64,000 nucleotides of DNA from an uncultured delta proteobacterium (GTDB lineage Bacteria > Desulfobacterota > Binatia > UBA9968), in contig CAVWLW010000054.1 of the NCBI GenBank assembly GCA_963755715.1, positions 96,001 through 160,000 on the forward strand. The letters run 5' to 3'. Below are positions 32,654 to 43,279 of the stretch, one piece after another (the first letter of the stretch is position 1; each line of letters opens with the position of its first letter). The position numbers were made by a program, and so were the translations under genes. The notes beneath the pieces are model-generated. The model did not search any database. It was not told the origin of the DNA and saw only the letters and a list, made by a program, of their open reading frames with translations.

Positions 32654-32854
32654 TGTTCAGGTTGAGTAATCCTCCGACACCCAACCCCCCTGCCATGCAC
32701 TATGCCGCGGGTTCCACTTCCTCTCGTTCAGGACAGACCAGCGGCGGCAGTTCGGCGACCGCGAGGGCGTCGCGGAGCGCCTGCGTCGGCATGCGGCCAC
32801 TCAGCGATAGCCCTGGTGGCTGAGGTTGTAGTACTCCAAGAAGCGATCGAGGTC
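32654..32854 (-). mobile_element. IS481-family remnant (transposase C-terminus plus right end)
   Basis: DLDRFLEYYNLSHQGYR/SGRMPTQAL...EPAA*, followed by a terminus that reads TGTTCAGGTTGAGT from 32654 on the + strand (TGT end typical of IS481). Confidence 0.7.
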
Positions 32855-33130
32855 AAGTTGGATCTCCGCTGGTGTTTTCCTTTTCTGCTTGATGAAAAAC
32901 CCATTGTTGTACTGGTCGGCTCGGCCGGAGAGCGGCCCGGAGGGGCGCGAAGTGTTCAAGATCGTACCGCTTGCTCGAACTCAGAGCGAGCGGGCGCCGT
33001 CGGCTTGCGTTGGCAAGCGGTTTTCGGCTCCTCAGCCAACGGAAAAGCCAGCCACCCAGAAATCCGCGATAGTATGAGTCGAAGTCGCCGTGTTCATCTG
33101 CTGCAGAATCGATCTCATCTGGTTCCATTC

Positions 33131-33838
33131 TCATCGCGCCCGGGCGCCGCTTACGAGATCCAAAAATAACCGCCAGAAAAACAAGTAAGCCTTGCGGTAC
33201 GTCGGAAGCTTCGACTCGCCCCATTTGCGGCAGTATTCGTGGCTCCGGACTTCCGTCACGCGGTATCCACACTTGAGGAATTGCACGATCATGTGCTGCT
33301 CAACGTCGAAATCCACGGCGTGCAGCGGGACCTTCACGGCAGCGCTTCTTCGAGCGGCGCGGAAGCCATTGAGCACGTCCGTCAGATTCGATTTCCAGCG
33401 CGCATTGATCACAACGCTCAGAAACCCGCTTCCCATAGCGCGCAACCACGTGGTAAGATCACCTTGCCACTCGTCGCTGCCGCCACGGTGCCGGGAGCCG
33501 ATTACGAGATCGGCGAGATCTTGTTCGATGGGACGTATGATGTCGGGGATCTCTGCGGGATCATGCGAACCGTCGGCATCCATGAACACCTGGATCTCAC
33601 CGGTGGTTTCCCGGATTCCCACTTGATACGCATCACCCTTGCCGCGGCCGTTGTCCAGGACAACACGAGCTCCAGCTTGCTCCGCCAGTGCTGCGGTTTC
33701 ATCCTTGGAATGACCGTCGACGACAACAATCTCTTCGTAGTATGGTTTGAGGGACGCGATGAGACGGCCGATCCCGCCGGCCTCGTTGCGGGCGCAGATG
33801 ATCACGCTGATCACGCCTGGCAATACACCACTACGCAT
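33131..33838 (-). CDS. GT2 polyprenol-phosphate glycosyltransferase (DPM1-like)
   Basis: ISVIICARNE, VVDGHSKD, GKGDA, FMDADGSHDP and TDVLNGFRA. Confidence 0.88.
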   Translation of the reverse strand: MRSGVLPGVISVIICARNEAGGIGRLIASLKPYYEEIVVVDGHSKDETAALAEQAGARVVLDNGRGKGDAYQVGIRETTGEIQVFMDADGSHDPAEIPDIIRPIEQDLADLVIGSRHRGGSDEWQGDLTTWLRAMGSGFLSVVINARWKSNLTDVLNGFRAARRSAAVKVPLHAVDFDVEQHMIVQFLKCGYRVTEVRSHEYCRKWGESKLPTYRKAYLFFWRLFLDLVSGARAR

Positions 33839-34361
33839 GTATCGCTGTCAAGAGACTCGAGCCTTTGCCGGACCCACGTACGGCAAAGAATTCCGCTTGG
33901 CCTCGCGGGCGTGGTCGTGATCTACGCTGTTCAGTGCTCACCCATATTGGTGATCTGATCGATAGCTGGTTGCTCGAACTGAGAAAAGTCGAGCCTAACG
34001 GATAGCTCCATGTAACCCTTCACGACAACACCAGCATTTCAAGAGTTAGAATGAACTCCGTCAGTATTCTCGGGGCCGCTTTCGTGAGAGAAACCAAGAG
34101 CGCGCCCTCGTCGAGCAACGAGGAGGTATGCTGTTGTCAGGCCACCGTTCTCTTATGTGTGCGCCCCTTCGGGGTTGGTGCCAAACGGCTCACCAGACCA
34201 TCAGCACATTCCCTCCATACCCCTCTAAAATTCGGAGTCAATTCAAGATATCATCAACAGGGCATGATTTGCGTCGTGTGTGCTGGGCAGAAGGGGTCGG
34301 ACTTCGCTGTCGGTTCGTATTGTTAGTTTCGTCTAAACTCATCCAATCGGTATCCGTACGC

Positions 34362-35411
34362 ATGGGCCAATCACGAACTAAATCTATGAAGAGTGTATTC
34401 ACGCGAAAAATTAAATCAAGTCTGCAGAGACTACTTGGAGATCTTCCGGCCTTCACAGAGCCCCGACAGCAATTCGTTGAGCTCCGACAGCAAGTCGGTG
34501 ACCTTCAGCTTCAGCTCGTCCACCTACAAGAGGGCCTTCTTACAAATCAATTTGATCACAGCAGCCGGCGCAGGATACTGAACGAGACGGCCGCGATAAC
34601 TCAGTCCGTCCAGCTCCTTTTGCGCCAGAAGTATAGAGACCTGCTCGACAACCACCTCGCTCTGCCAGAGCTGACGGATACGGAGTTCAGGTGCTTCTCC
34701 CAGAACGGTGAGGATGGGATACTCCTCTACATTTTCAGTATCCTGGGAACCACAAACAAACGTGTTGTAGAGATTGGTGCCGGAGATGGGATTGAATGTA
34801 ATTCAGCAAACCTTATCATAAATCATGGCTGGCAGGGGCTTCTGTTAGACTGCGACGAGCAGAACACCTCCCGAGGCAGGGAGTTCTACGCTAAGTGTCA
34901 AGATACCTTTGCTGATCCTCCGACTCAGGTAGCCTGTTGGGTCACTGCCGAAAATGTCAATTCGCTGATAGCGGATACCGGGTTCGCCGGTGACGTCGAC
35001 CTGTTGTCTCTGGACATCGATGGCATGGACTATTGGATTTGGCAGGCAATTCGGTGTATCTCTCCACGGGTGATAATCTTAGAGTTCAACCCCGTATGGG
35101 GTGCCGACCGCGCGGTTTCAATACCCTATCAGGCAGATTATCGGATTGATTACGGGCGGCGCCCTTATTACGCAGGTGCGTCCTTGTCCGCCTTCGTAAA
35201 ATTGGGAAGAGAGAAAGGATACAGGTTAGTAGGCGCTCAGCGGCTTGGATTTAACTCGCTATTTGTCCGTTCGGGCGTGGGCGAGGATCTCCTTCGGGAA
35301 ATATCCCCACGGCAGTGCTTCGAGAGCAATTCAGTCCTGAGAAATTGGGAGCCGAACTGGATTCCGGATGCTTCAGAACGGCCTGAGTGGAAGAATATCG
35401 TTGAGGTATGA
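34362..35411 (+). CDS. FkbM-like methyltransferase with short N-terminal coiled coil
   Basis: FSQNGEDGIL, VEIGAGDGIECNS and LLSLDIDGMDYWIW; ATG at 34362 or 34386 preferred over 34128. Confidence 0.8.
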   Translation: MGQSRTKSMKSVFTRKIKSSLQRLLGDLPAFTEPRQQFVELRQQVGDLQLQLVHLQEGLLTNQFDHSSRRRILNETAAITQSVQLLLRQKYRDLLDNHLALPELTDTEFRCFSQNGEDGILLYIFSILGTTNKRVVEIGAGDGIECNSANLIINHGWQGLLLDCDEQNTSRGREFYAKCQDTFADPPTQVACWVTAENVNSLIADTGFAGDVDLLSLDIDGMDYWIWQAIRCISPRVIILEFNPVWGADRAVSIPYQADYRIDYGRRPYYAGASLSAFVKLGREKGYRLVGAQRLGFNSLFVRSGVGEDLLREISPRQCFESNSVLRNWEPNWIPDASERPEWKNIVEV

Positions 35412-35590
35412 CTCGACTTCGTTAACAATCCAAGCAGACCTTATCTTCGATCGCAATGTCACTTTGGCCGCTTACTGCCTTAATCGGGCCTACCGTGCAC
35501 CGATACGTTTCTCGACTAACTGTTAGTCTCCTTAGCTACTATAAAGCTACTTCAGACCAAAGACCCGTTTAGAAGTGGATTTCCTTGCAG

Positions 35591-36511
35591 TCAGCCCAGC
35601 TTCCACCACGACTTCAGCCACGCCTCGAAGCGATTACCCATACCGACACTTTGGGTTTTTTCGTTTCCAGATTTAGGTAAAACCTCCTGAACATCTAGTT
35701 TACTGCTTTGAAAACTCTTGAGAGTATACAGTAGTGACAGTTGTTTAATTAAAACCGCTTCTTTCATGAAATCTCTATTCTCAATAACGTTGTTGGGTCG
35801 CGCCCAAATTGAATTTTTGGGAGTGAACACAGAAAAGCAATCAATAAGAAGCTCATCAGTTCCCCAGTTAACTAGCTCTTGGCTAACACAGTGTAAACCG
35901 GACCGATCACAATACTCTGCAAACAACTCCGCTGTCATGCTCTCAGCACGCCAATGAGTCGAGGCCAAAAAAATCCTATTTATTACTAACTCTCTAAATT
36001 CAGTGGGTATTTTATCGATGAGCGAGAAAGCCTGTTGGTATTTCCCTAGGTTCGAGTGATGAATAAACCCAATACCATTTTGGCTGAGTTTCATTGCAAG
36101 TTGATTCAGGTAAGCCTCTATGACCTCAGCTTCCGCATGCACCAAGGAGTCAAAGCTAAAGACAAAATCAATTGACTTGTCTTGAATCATTGCTAATGAC
36201 TTCCCATCGTTGACGTAATAGTTAATGTGTGAATCGGAGGCAAACCTTTGCTGACAGGCTTTGATGCAATCTTCAGTTAAATCGACTACAGCTAGGTTTT
36301 CACAATACTTTTTGAGATAGGTTGTCCATCGCCCGAATCCCGGTGCAATCTCGAGAATTGTGCCGGTTGGAACAAAAGCATGAATGCGCGGTAATATCGC
36401 GCCGAACCATTGAGCTTCGGACCCGCCCCAAACTGCTGACCACTCTTCTCCTTGTTTTGTCCACTCATAATCTTGGTTCCAGTATTCCCTATTTTGTTCA
36501 ACTGTAGGCAT
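35591..36511 (-). CDS. Class I SAM-dependent methyltransferase
   Basis: ILEIAPGFGRWT and DFVFSFDSLVH. Confidence 0.88.
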   Translation of the reverse strand: MPTVEQNREYWNQDYEWTKQGEEWSAVWGGSEAQWFGAILPRIHAFVPTGTILEIAPGFGRWTTYLKKYCENLAVVDLTEDCIKACQQRFASDSHINYYVNDGKSLAMIQDKSIDFVFSFDSLVHAEAEVIEAYLNQLAMKLSQNGIGFIHHSNLGKYQQAFSLIDKIPTEFRELVINRIFLASTHWRAESMTAELFAEYCDRSGLHCVSQELVNWGTDELLIDCFSVFTPKNSIWARPNNVIENRDFMKEAVLIKQLSLLYTLKSFQSSKLDVQEVLPKSGNEKTQSVGMGNRFEAWLKSWWKLG

Positions 36512-36766
36512 TGATAACCTCTGCCATAAAAAAGTTGTCTAACTCAGAGGAGGTCGGGGCGTAGCTGGGGCGGAAGACAGCACCATTGTCGGTTTCCTCG
36601 CGACGAGTTTACCGGCATCCAGTGACGACCGTGATTGGGACTTACCCTGACCGAAGATGGAATCCCTTATATATTTGCCCGCAAAGAAGTGGAAGTTTCG
36701 TTTTCCTCCACTAGTCGCGCTGTTAAGAGACCACCGACTCTTGAGTCAACGTTTTACGATCTATTG

Positions 36767-37825
36767 CTATCTTTCAACTACAGACGGCTGGTCCGTCCAT
36801 TCCTTAGCGGAGGCATCGATGGCGAGGCCTGAATTCCTATTGTTTTCAGTCTTTAATGCGTCTGAACGCCGATTGTAAATTCCCTTAAGCTTGCAGGCCC
36901 TGAAAGCGTTACGGTATGCTCGATGGAGAAAGTCTGTGGTGATGTCGTCGAGGTCTAATCCCAGCTCGAGCTTGAGGTTAGCAATCCGGTCCAGTTCACG
37001 CGCTGAGCGTATAACAGCGTCGTAAACCGTTTCGATTCTTCGCCACTCTTCTTCGGCACCAATCATTTCGGTCCACTTCTGAACTTCCGTGTCCGGATGG
37101 AGTTGACTGAAAACATACTGCGACTCACCCTGCCGTATAAGACGCGTGCAAAATGCATCAAAAGAAATGTCACGGACCATCGTGCTCGCTGCGTGCGCAT
37201 TATACACCACCTTTAAATTGCTCTTGGAAAGGCGGTAAGCGAGCTCAATATCTTCGCAGCCAAAGCGAAACACCGGATTGAAGACCCCGTACTCGATTAG
37301 AAACTTTCGCTTGCAAGAAGAACATCCGCCCCAAAAATAGCTGTAATCGAGCACATCACCATGTTTCAGGTTAGGATAGGAAAATAGATAGCAGCCAACC
37401 TCCGTTACATAATGCAACATCGGTTTCTGCGCTAGGTTGGGATCTAAAGCGACGTAGCCAAGCACCGCGAAATGATTGTCTGGATATTGACGATGTGTTT
37501 TCACGTGTTCTTCGAACAGCTTCGGACTGCAAAGATCATCGTCATCGAGAAACAGAAGAAGCGGCGCCTGGGAACGGTAAATGCCGTGATTCCTCGCGGA
37601 GGCAAGCCCAGCGTTGGCCTGATATGCATAACGGAGAGGGAGACGTCGCTCAAAAGACTCTACGACTTTCCTTGTATTGTCTACTGAGCCATCATCAATA
37701 ACGATTAGTTCAAATTTAGACCGGTCCAGGGTCTGCCCGAGAACACTTTCCAGAGTTTGCGACAACAATTCGGCGCGATTGAAGGTACATAAGATAGCGC
37801 TGAGCAATGGTGAAGACATAGCCAC
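36767..37825 (-). CDS. Glycosyltransferase family 2
   Basis: CTFNR, IDDGSVD, FLDDDD and GCEDIELAYRL. Confidence 0.9.
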   Translation of the reverse strand: MAMSSPLLSAILCTFNRAELLSQTLESVLGQTLDRSKFELIVIDDGSVDNTRKVVESFERRLPLRYAYQANAGLASARNHGIYRSQAPLLLFLDDDDLCSPKLFEEHVKTHRQYPDNHFAVLGYVALDPNLAQKPMLHYVTEVGCYLFSYPNLKHGDVLDYSYFWGGCSSCKRKFLIEYGVFNPVFRFGCEDIELAYRLSKSNLKVVYNAHAASTMVRDISFDAFCTRLIRQGESQYVFSQLHPDTEVQKWTEMIGAEEEWRRIETVYDAVIRSARELDRIANLKLELGLDLDDITTDFLHRAYRNAFRACKLKGIYNRRSDALKTENNRNSGLAIDASAKEWTDQPSVVER

Positions 37826-37834
37826 GTGAGACCC

Positions 37835-38575
37835 TCAAGATGTGTAGGACTCTACAATGAAAAAAGCCTCGTCGGGCGACAGGTGCGGTCGAAGCGCAAG
37901 AAATTCTTTCATTTCCGTGCGGGTTTTATCATGTTGATAATAGAACCCAGACTTCCGCAGAGAGTGCGCGATCGGCACCGCATCGATAATGCCCATCTTC
38001 AAGCCGGCGTTTGCAATGATCTGCGGCCAGACAAAGTCGTAGCCCCAGCCCATAGGAGACGCTTCGTCAAAGGGGAAAATTAACTCAAAGGCTCTCTGGT
38101 GAACAGAAAAGATCGGGCCAATTTCAACAAACCGTGTCTGACGCGCTAACAAGCCGTCCAACTGCTCAACGAAAGGGTGACCGCTAAATCCGTCTACGAT
38201 CATGTGAGGACTAAAGCTGTCATGAGTCCTAGCAGGTTGTGCCAGCGCAAAGTCATATCGAGTTACCGAATCAAGATAGCGATCGAGAAAGTGCTCTGGA
38301 AGAACTATATCGTCGTCGCAAGCAACCACAAATTCAAAGCCATCGAGCTTGGCTTCTGCCAACAACTGGTTCAAAAGCGGGAATTTCATGGCCGGCGGGA
38401 TTACTTTTTGGACAGTGACGTCGGCTATTTCCTCGGGAACAGGGCCTGTTCCCAACCCAACCCATCGTTGCTCTACTTCCCATTTGCTGCTTCTGCCGAG
38501 ATCGCTTTTGATTTGACCGATGTAGCTAGGCTTATCCAGCAAATATACCCCAACGATCAGTACGGAATTATTCAT
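37835..38575 (-). CDS. DUF707-like putative glycosyltransferase
   Basis: CDDDI, LAQPA, FVEIGP, GWGYDFVW and GIIDA motifs. Confidence 0.65.
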   Translation of the reverse strand: MNNSVLIVGVYLLDKPSYIGQIKSDLGRSSKWEVEQRWVGLGTGPVPEEIADVTVQKVIPPAMKFPLLNQLLAEAKLDGFEFVVACDDDIVLPEHFLDRYLDSVTRYDFALAQPARTHDSFSPHMIVDGFSGHPFVEQLDGLLARQTRFVEIGPIFSVHQRAFELIFPFDEASPMGWGYDFVWPQIIANAGLKMGIIDAVPIAHSLRKSGFYYQHDKTRTEMKEFLALRPHLSPDEAFFIVESYTS

Positions 38576-40809
38576 CCTATCTCAGCGATCGGCGAACTTA
38601 CCCCATCAACCTCGGGGGCGAAAATTCGTGCTAGGTTCGTTTGGACTACAGCTCTCGAAAAATTCAATTTTATGTGCAACAAAGCATTTTGTGACATTTC
38701 TTCCCAAAGTAGATCATCCGTGTAGAGGCGGACGACGGCGCTGGCAAACGCAACAGGAGAATCCGCTATTAGTACATGTTCTCCGTCGATGAGATTCATC
38801 CCCTCGGCCCCTATCGACGTGGTTACAACGGGCAAGCCAACGCCCATACTTTGCGCTATCTTCCCCTTTATCCCTGCACCGTAACGCAACGGCGCCACAA
38901 AAACTCGACAACCGTCAAGATAAGGCATCAGATCCGGCACATAACCTACGGCAACAACATCTCGGCTCGCTAGAGATTGCACTGCCTCTGTTATCTGGCT
39001 ACCTACTATATAAAAGACCACACCGGGTATGTCTTGACGGATCAAGGGAAAAATCTCTTTGACAAAGTAGCTGACGGCGTCCTCATTGGGGCTGTGAGAA
39101 TAATGACCAACGAATAAGAGGTTTTTCCGACCGGCTAAGGGTTTCACCTTGTCAACACAGGCATGAATAGTCGGAATCACCTCCACTTTTGCATTCTTTA
39201 TCTCTTCAAGTATTTGTGACCTCTCCTGATGTGTAACGGCAAAAACAATATCCGCCGCCGCAGCGTTGAACCCCTCCATCTTTCTATAATTCTCAGATTG
39301 TTGGCGCAGAACGTCGTCGTCCTTGATTCCTGATTCGCGTTTCATCCGCAGCCAGTGCAGGTCGACAGGATCGTAAATTACTTTGGCGTTGATCGCATAA
39401 GCACGAACGTAGGAAAAATAACGGTACGCTACTTCTGGATACGACAAGACCACAAAGCGATACTCATAGCCCTTCTCATAAAGGTGACGCAAAACAGCTT
39501 TAGATCCGTAAAGAACCTCAATGTTAAGTCGTTCGAACATTGCTTCAGTTCGATTTAATTCCTGGTTGGAGCCAAAAAGCCAAACATGCTCTGACTTCTC
39601 ACGATCCGCGCCAAAGACTACGATGTAACCTTCTTCACGCAGAATCTGCAGGATAGTAAATGCGCGCAATCCGCCGGCGGATTGATCCATGGCAGGCAGC
39701 CAGTGACCTAGGACCAGCACCGACCGCTCCCCAGTGGAGGGACATTGAAGGCGAGCGTCTGGGGCTAAATCAATTGGAGATGTCCGAATGTCAATTTGTT
39801 CTGTAAGAACGCCCTTAACAGGTTTCGTGAAAAGGAAGTGGAGACGTCTAAGAACCGCTGACTTCTGCCTTGTTTCACGATACTTGTTCAGCACTTTCCA
39901 TCCAATAGTATTCTTAATTGATTCGAGTTCTTGTTCGTGCACCCGCGTCGAGAACTGGAGGCTGTCTCTTAAGCTGTCTCGTTCGGCCGTGAGTTGGACT
40001 AGCTCACGCCCCTTTGCATCTAACGCCTGCTGTTGACGTTTTACCGTTACCTGAAATTGTTTAATCTCCTGGTTCAACCGATCCAGCTCCGGCGCAAGTT
40101 GACCTTGCTCCGCCTTTAGTGTGAGCCGCAATCCGAGTTGAAAGAAGAAATTTCTGATTGCTAAGACCTCTTGCCGTGAAGCCTGCAAGAGTGCTTGAAA
40201 AGCTTCCGGCTGTTCTGGGCCCACTGCAAGCACACCCAGACCGTGGCCATGAGTAAACTCAAAGTAAGGGTATCGCTCTTTCACTTCTTCCCATAGTCTC
40301 CGAACACCAAAATCGGCCGCATTTACATCATGAAAGAGAATGACACCGCGGGAGCTGGTTTTGGGAAGCCACGATTCAAAATCGTGTCTGACGACTTCAT
40401 ATGTGTGATCGCCGTCGATATGTAGAAGATCGATCGAACCGTCGGAGAAGTGTTTCAAACTTTCATCGAAACTGCTCTTGACTAGACTGGAGAAGTGTCC
40501 GTAAAGAGGGTCGTGATGTGCACGAAGATCAGCCAAGACTCCGGGACCGTAAAAACCAGCAGGAGAATCTCCATCCGAGTTATCAATCGCGCAGCAGCGT
40601 GTGCTTAGATCGAGCTCCTGAATAGCTTGACAAAAAGCACAATAGAAATCTCCATAATGCGTCCCCAATTCTACAAAGAGATTTGGCCTCAACAGATCTA
40701 CCAACAACATGGCAACCGGGATATGCTCCTGCCAGGCGGAGAAAGGCGTGAGGCGTCTTGGATTTGAGAAAACAATAGGATGGTCTAGTGGATTGAAAGA
40801 AGCGGGCAC
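38572..40809 (-). CDS. Methyltransferase (Methyltransf_24-like) + coiled coil + GT4 fusion
   Basis: VELGTHYG, LLHIDGDHTYE, a coiled coil, TIGWK helix and VAPLRYGAGIKGK. Confidence 0.88.
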   Translation of the reverse strand: MPASFNPLDHPIVFSNPRRLTPFSAWQEHIPVAMLLVDLLRPNLFVELGTHYGDFYCAFCQAIQELDLSTRCCAIDNSDGDSPAGFYGPGVLADLRAHHDPLYGHFSSLVKSSFDESLKHFSDGSIDLLHIDGDHTYEVVRHDFESWLPKTSSRGVILFHDVNAADFGVRRLWEEVKERYPYFEFTHGHGLGVLAVGPEQPEAFQALLQASRQEVLAIRNFFFQLGLRLTLKAEQGQLAPELDRLNQEIKQFQVTVKRQQQALDAKGRELVQLTAERDSLRDSLQFSTRVHEQELESIKNTIGWKVLNKYRETRQKSAVLRRLHFLFTKPVKGVLTEQIDIRTSPIDLAPDARLQCPSTGERSVLVLGHWLPAMDQSAGGLRAFTILQILREEGYIVVFGADREKSEHVWLFGSNQELNRTEAMFERLNIEVLYGSKAVLRHLYEKGYEYRFVVLSYPEVAYRYFSYVRAYAINAKVIYDPVDLHWLRMKRESGIKDDDVLRQQSENYRKMEGFNAAAADIVFAVTHQERSQILEEIKNAKVEVIPTIHACVDKVKPLAGRKNLLFVGHYSHSPNEDAVSYFVKEIFPLIRQDIPGVVFYIVGSQITEAVQSLASRDVVAVGYVPDLMPYLDGCRVFVAPLRYGAGIKGKIAQSMGVGLPVVTTSIGAEGMNLIDGEHVLIADSPVAFASAVVRLYTDDLLWEEMSQNALLHIKLNFSRAVVQTNLARIFAPEVDGVSSPIAEIG

Positions 40810-41348
40810 GGACCTAGTTTCCCCCTACTTACTATTAGAGCTGAGACTTGGGACAACGGAAAATCTTACTTTTCCTTGCGGCTAGACCTCTCTTCCACGG
40901 AGCGTCCAACTTTGGGGGGTTGTTTGATTTTCGCTTTCTAAATTCCTCACTGGCGTCATTATTTCGTCATCGCCATCACATCTGATTGGATAATTACTTT
41001 AATTTGGTCATTTATTTGGACATTAACATTGAAACTGCGTATCCTCAAGCAATCCCTCCTTCTGGATTAGTTGACATAATCGTTCGCAATGAATATTTGG
41101 AGGTGAAATAGGTGTAGCCATGCCAGTATGATTCCGGTGGGTCATTCGTGATGTGAAGTGCGGTTCCGTTCGGCGGATCTATTTTCTCGTCTATTACCAC
41201 AACTGGGACTACTTAACGGAGCGTTCGAGCGCGTTCAGGGGCCGCCCGTAACTTGAGCGATCGAAATCGAGCAGCGATCGACGCCGTCATGAATGGTTAG
41301 TTCGATTATTCCAGCGCAATCTTCCGTGTCCGAATCTCATCTCTGATT

Positions 41349-42987
41349 ATGGTACACACATCGCGAATCAACGCTCTTCGGACTCGTTATGGCGAGCCTT
41401 TCTTCATCCTGTGCGTGTGCGTCGTCTTCACCACGGCGTATGCTCTGTGGGTAGGCCAAGACGCGAGTTGGGACCAGAAAAACTATTACTTCTACTCTGT
41501 TTACGCTTGGCTCAGGGGGCGAACGTTCCGCGATGTGGCACCTGGCCAAATAACGACTTGGCTGAATCCGCTGCCATATCTTTTACAGTATCTCCTGATA
41601 CAAAGTGCACCTCCTGTCGTAGCGGGACTTCTCATGGGCGCACTCGCTGGGCTAAACGGGCTCATGCTCTGGCTTCTGGCACGGCGGCTCCAGCGCGGTG
41701 ATCCCACCTGGCAAGGCCGCGGATGCGCTTACGTTATCATCTTGGTCGGTTTGACCGGTTCCATCTTCTTGTCGGAGGTTGGCACTACGTTCTTTGACTA
41801 TCTCAGCAGCGTGTTGGTGCTGGGAGGCCTCATTTCGATCACGCCACCCTCGTCGGAGATGGCCGGCAAGCCCAACGCACGGGACTTCCTTTTGGCTGGG
41901 CTTTGGATGGGCACCGCATGTGGTCTCAAATTGACGAACTTTATATACGCGATCGGACTTGGCGTATCTTTACTTGCACTATGGCCGGTGCTCCTGCTGC
42001 GCGGCCGTATGTTCTTGTCTTATACGATAGGAGCGGATTTGCGGCTTTCTCGTAACAGGCGGGTATTGGGCCGTGCATGTTTGGCTGGCCTTTGGCAATC
42101 CTATGGCTCCGTACTTTAACGATGTTTTCGCGTCTCCCATGTTCGTGCGCACCAGCTTCGCCGATAGAAGATTCATGCAGGGATCGCTGTTTCCCGCGGC
42201 AATCACATATCCGTTCAGGTGGCTTCTCGGCATGCATCCCACCAGCGAAGTACCGTTTCGCGATGCCAGGTTCGCCCTAGTGGCCGTATTCCTACCAGTG
42301 GCCTTGGTCGTCAGTGTGCTTCGACCCGGTCGTGGTCCGTCAGGCGCGGCAAAGACCGGTAGCATTGTTGAATTACGACAGTTCTGGCTCCACGGCCTGT
42401 TCTTCATAGCGTCATACGCAATCTGGCTGAAACAGTTTGGATACCAGCGATACGCTCTTCCGCTTGAATTATTGACCGGTCTGATGTTGTTCCTGAGTCT
42501 GGATCGGCTGCTTCGAAATCGGAAGGAGGTCACCTGCGTGTTCAGCGTGCTCGCCGTGTTTATCGTGATCTGGACTCGGCCCGCCAACTGGGGGCGAATC
42601 CCGTACGGCAACGACTGGTTCGGCATCGAGATACCACGAGACCAGGAACCCCAAACGCTATACGTGATGATGGGCCATGATGAGCCGTTCGCTTACGTGA
42701 TTCCTTTTATGCCAGACACATCCCAATTCATACGCCTCACCGGTAATATGCCTCTCGACCCTAACATGCCGCTCGGACGCAAAGCTCTGTCGATGATACG
42801 CGCACACACAGGGACCATTCGAAGCCTCGCTGTCGTGGAACTCGATGAAGAAAACCGCGCAAGATTGGCGCGCTTCGGTCTAGCCCTCACCCCAGGGAGT
42901 CAATGCGAACGGTTCCGGTCACGGCTCGATACATTTACCACGTGTGCTCTGACAAAGAATCACCAGGAGGGACATCTCGAACGATGA
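41349..42987 (+). CDS. Polytopic membrane protein, GT-C/GT87-like (frameshift near 42035)
   Basis: GQDASWDQKNY, GLKLTN, FGNPMAPYFN, FRDAR and YQRY. The two ORFs join when one G is removed. Confidence 0.75.
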
Positions 42988-43279
42988 ATTTACTGCGCCA
43001 TGGCGACTCACCGACGTTTCAATGTGAGCCGGCGTTTCCTCACGACCTGACTCTGCATTATTTCGACGCACAGCGCCATAACACTCTAGGAGCCTCGCCG
43101 ACCTGCAGACCAGGGAAGGGCTTTAGTATAATCGTGGTTGGAATCAAGACCTGATCTTGGAGTTAGATCGGAGGGCTAGATTTCAGGTTCAGTTTAACTG
43201 TTTTGGGAACCTTCCCTAACTGCCGCAAGCTTGGGTTTCTTGAAAACTGCGGCGGCTGCCAAGGTGCAAACTACGGCCT

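Noticed and set aside
34128-34361. N-terminal extension of the 427-aa plus-strand ORF
   Set aside because: Composition is not protein-like; downstream ATGs fit better
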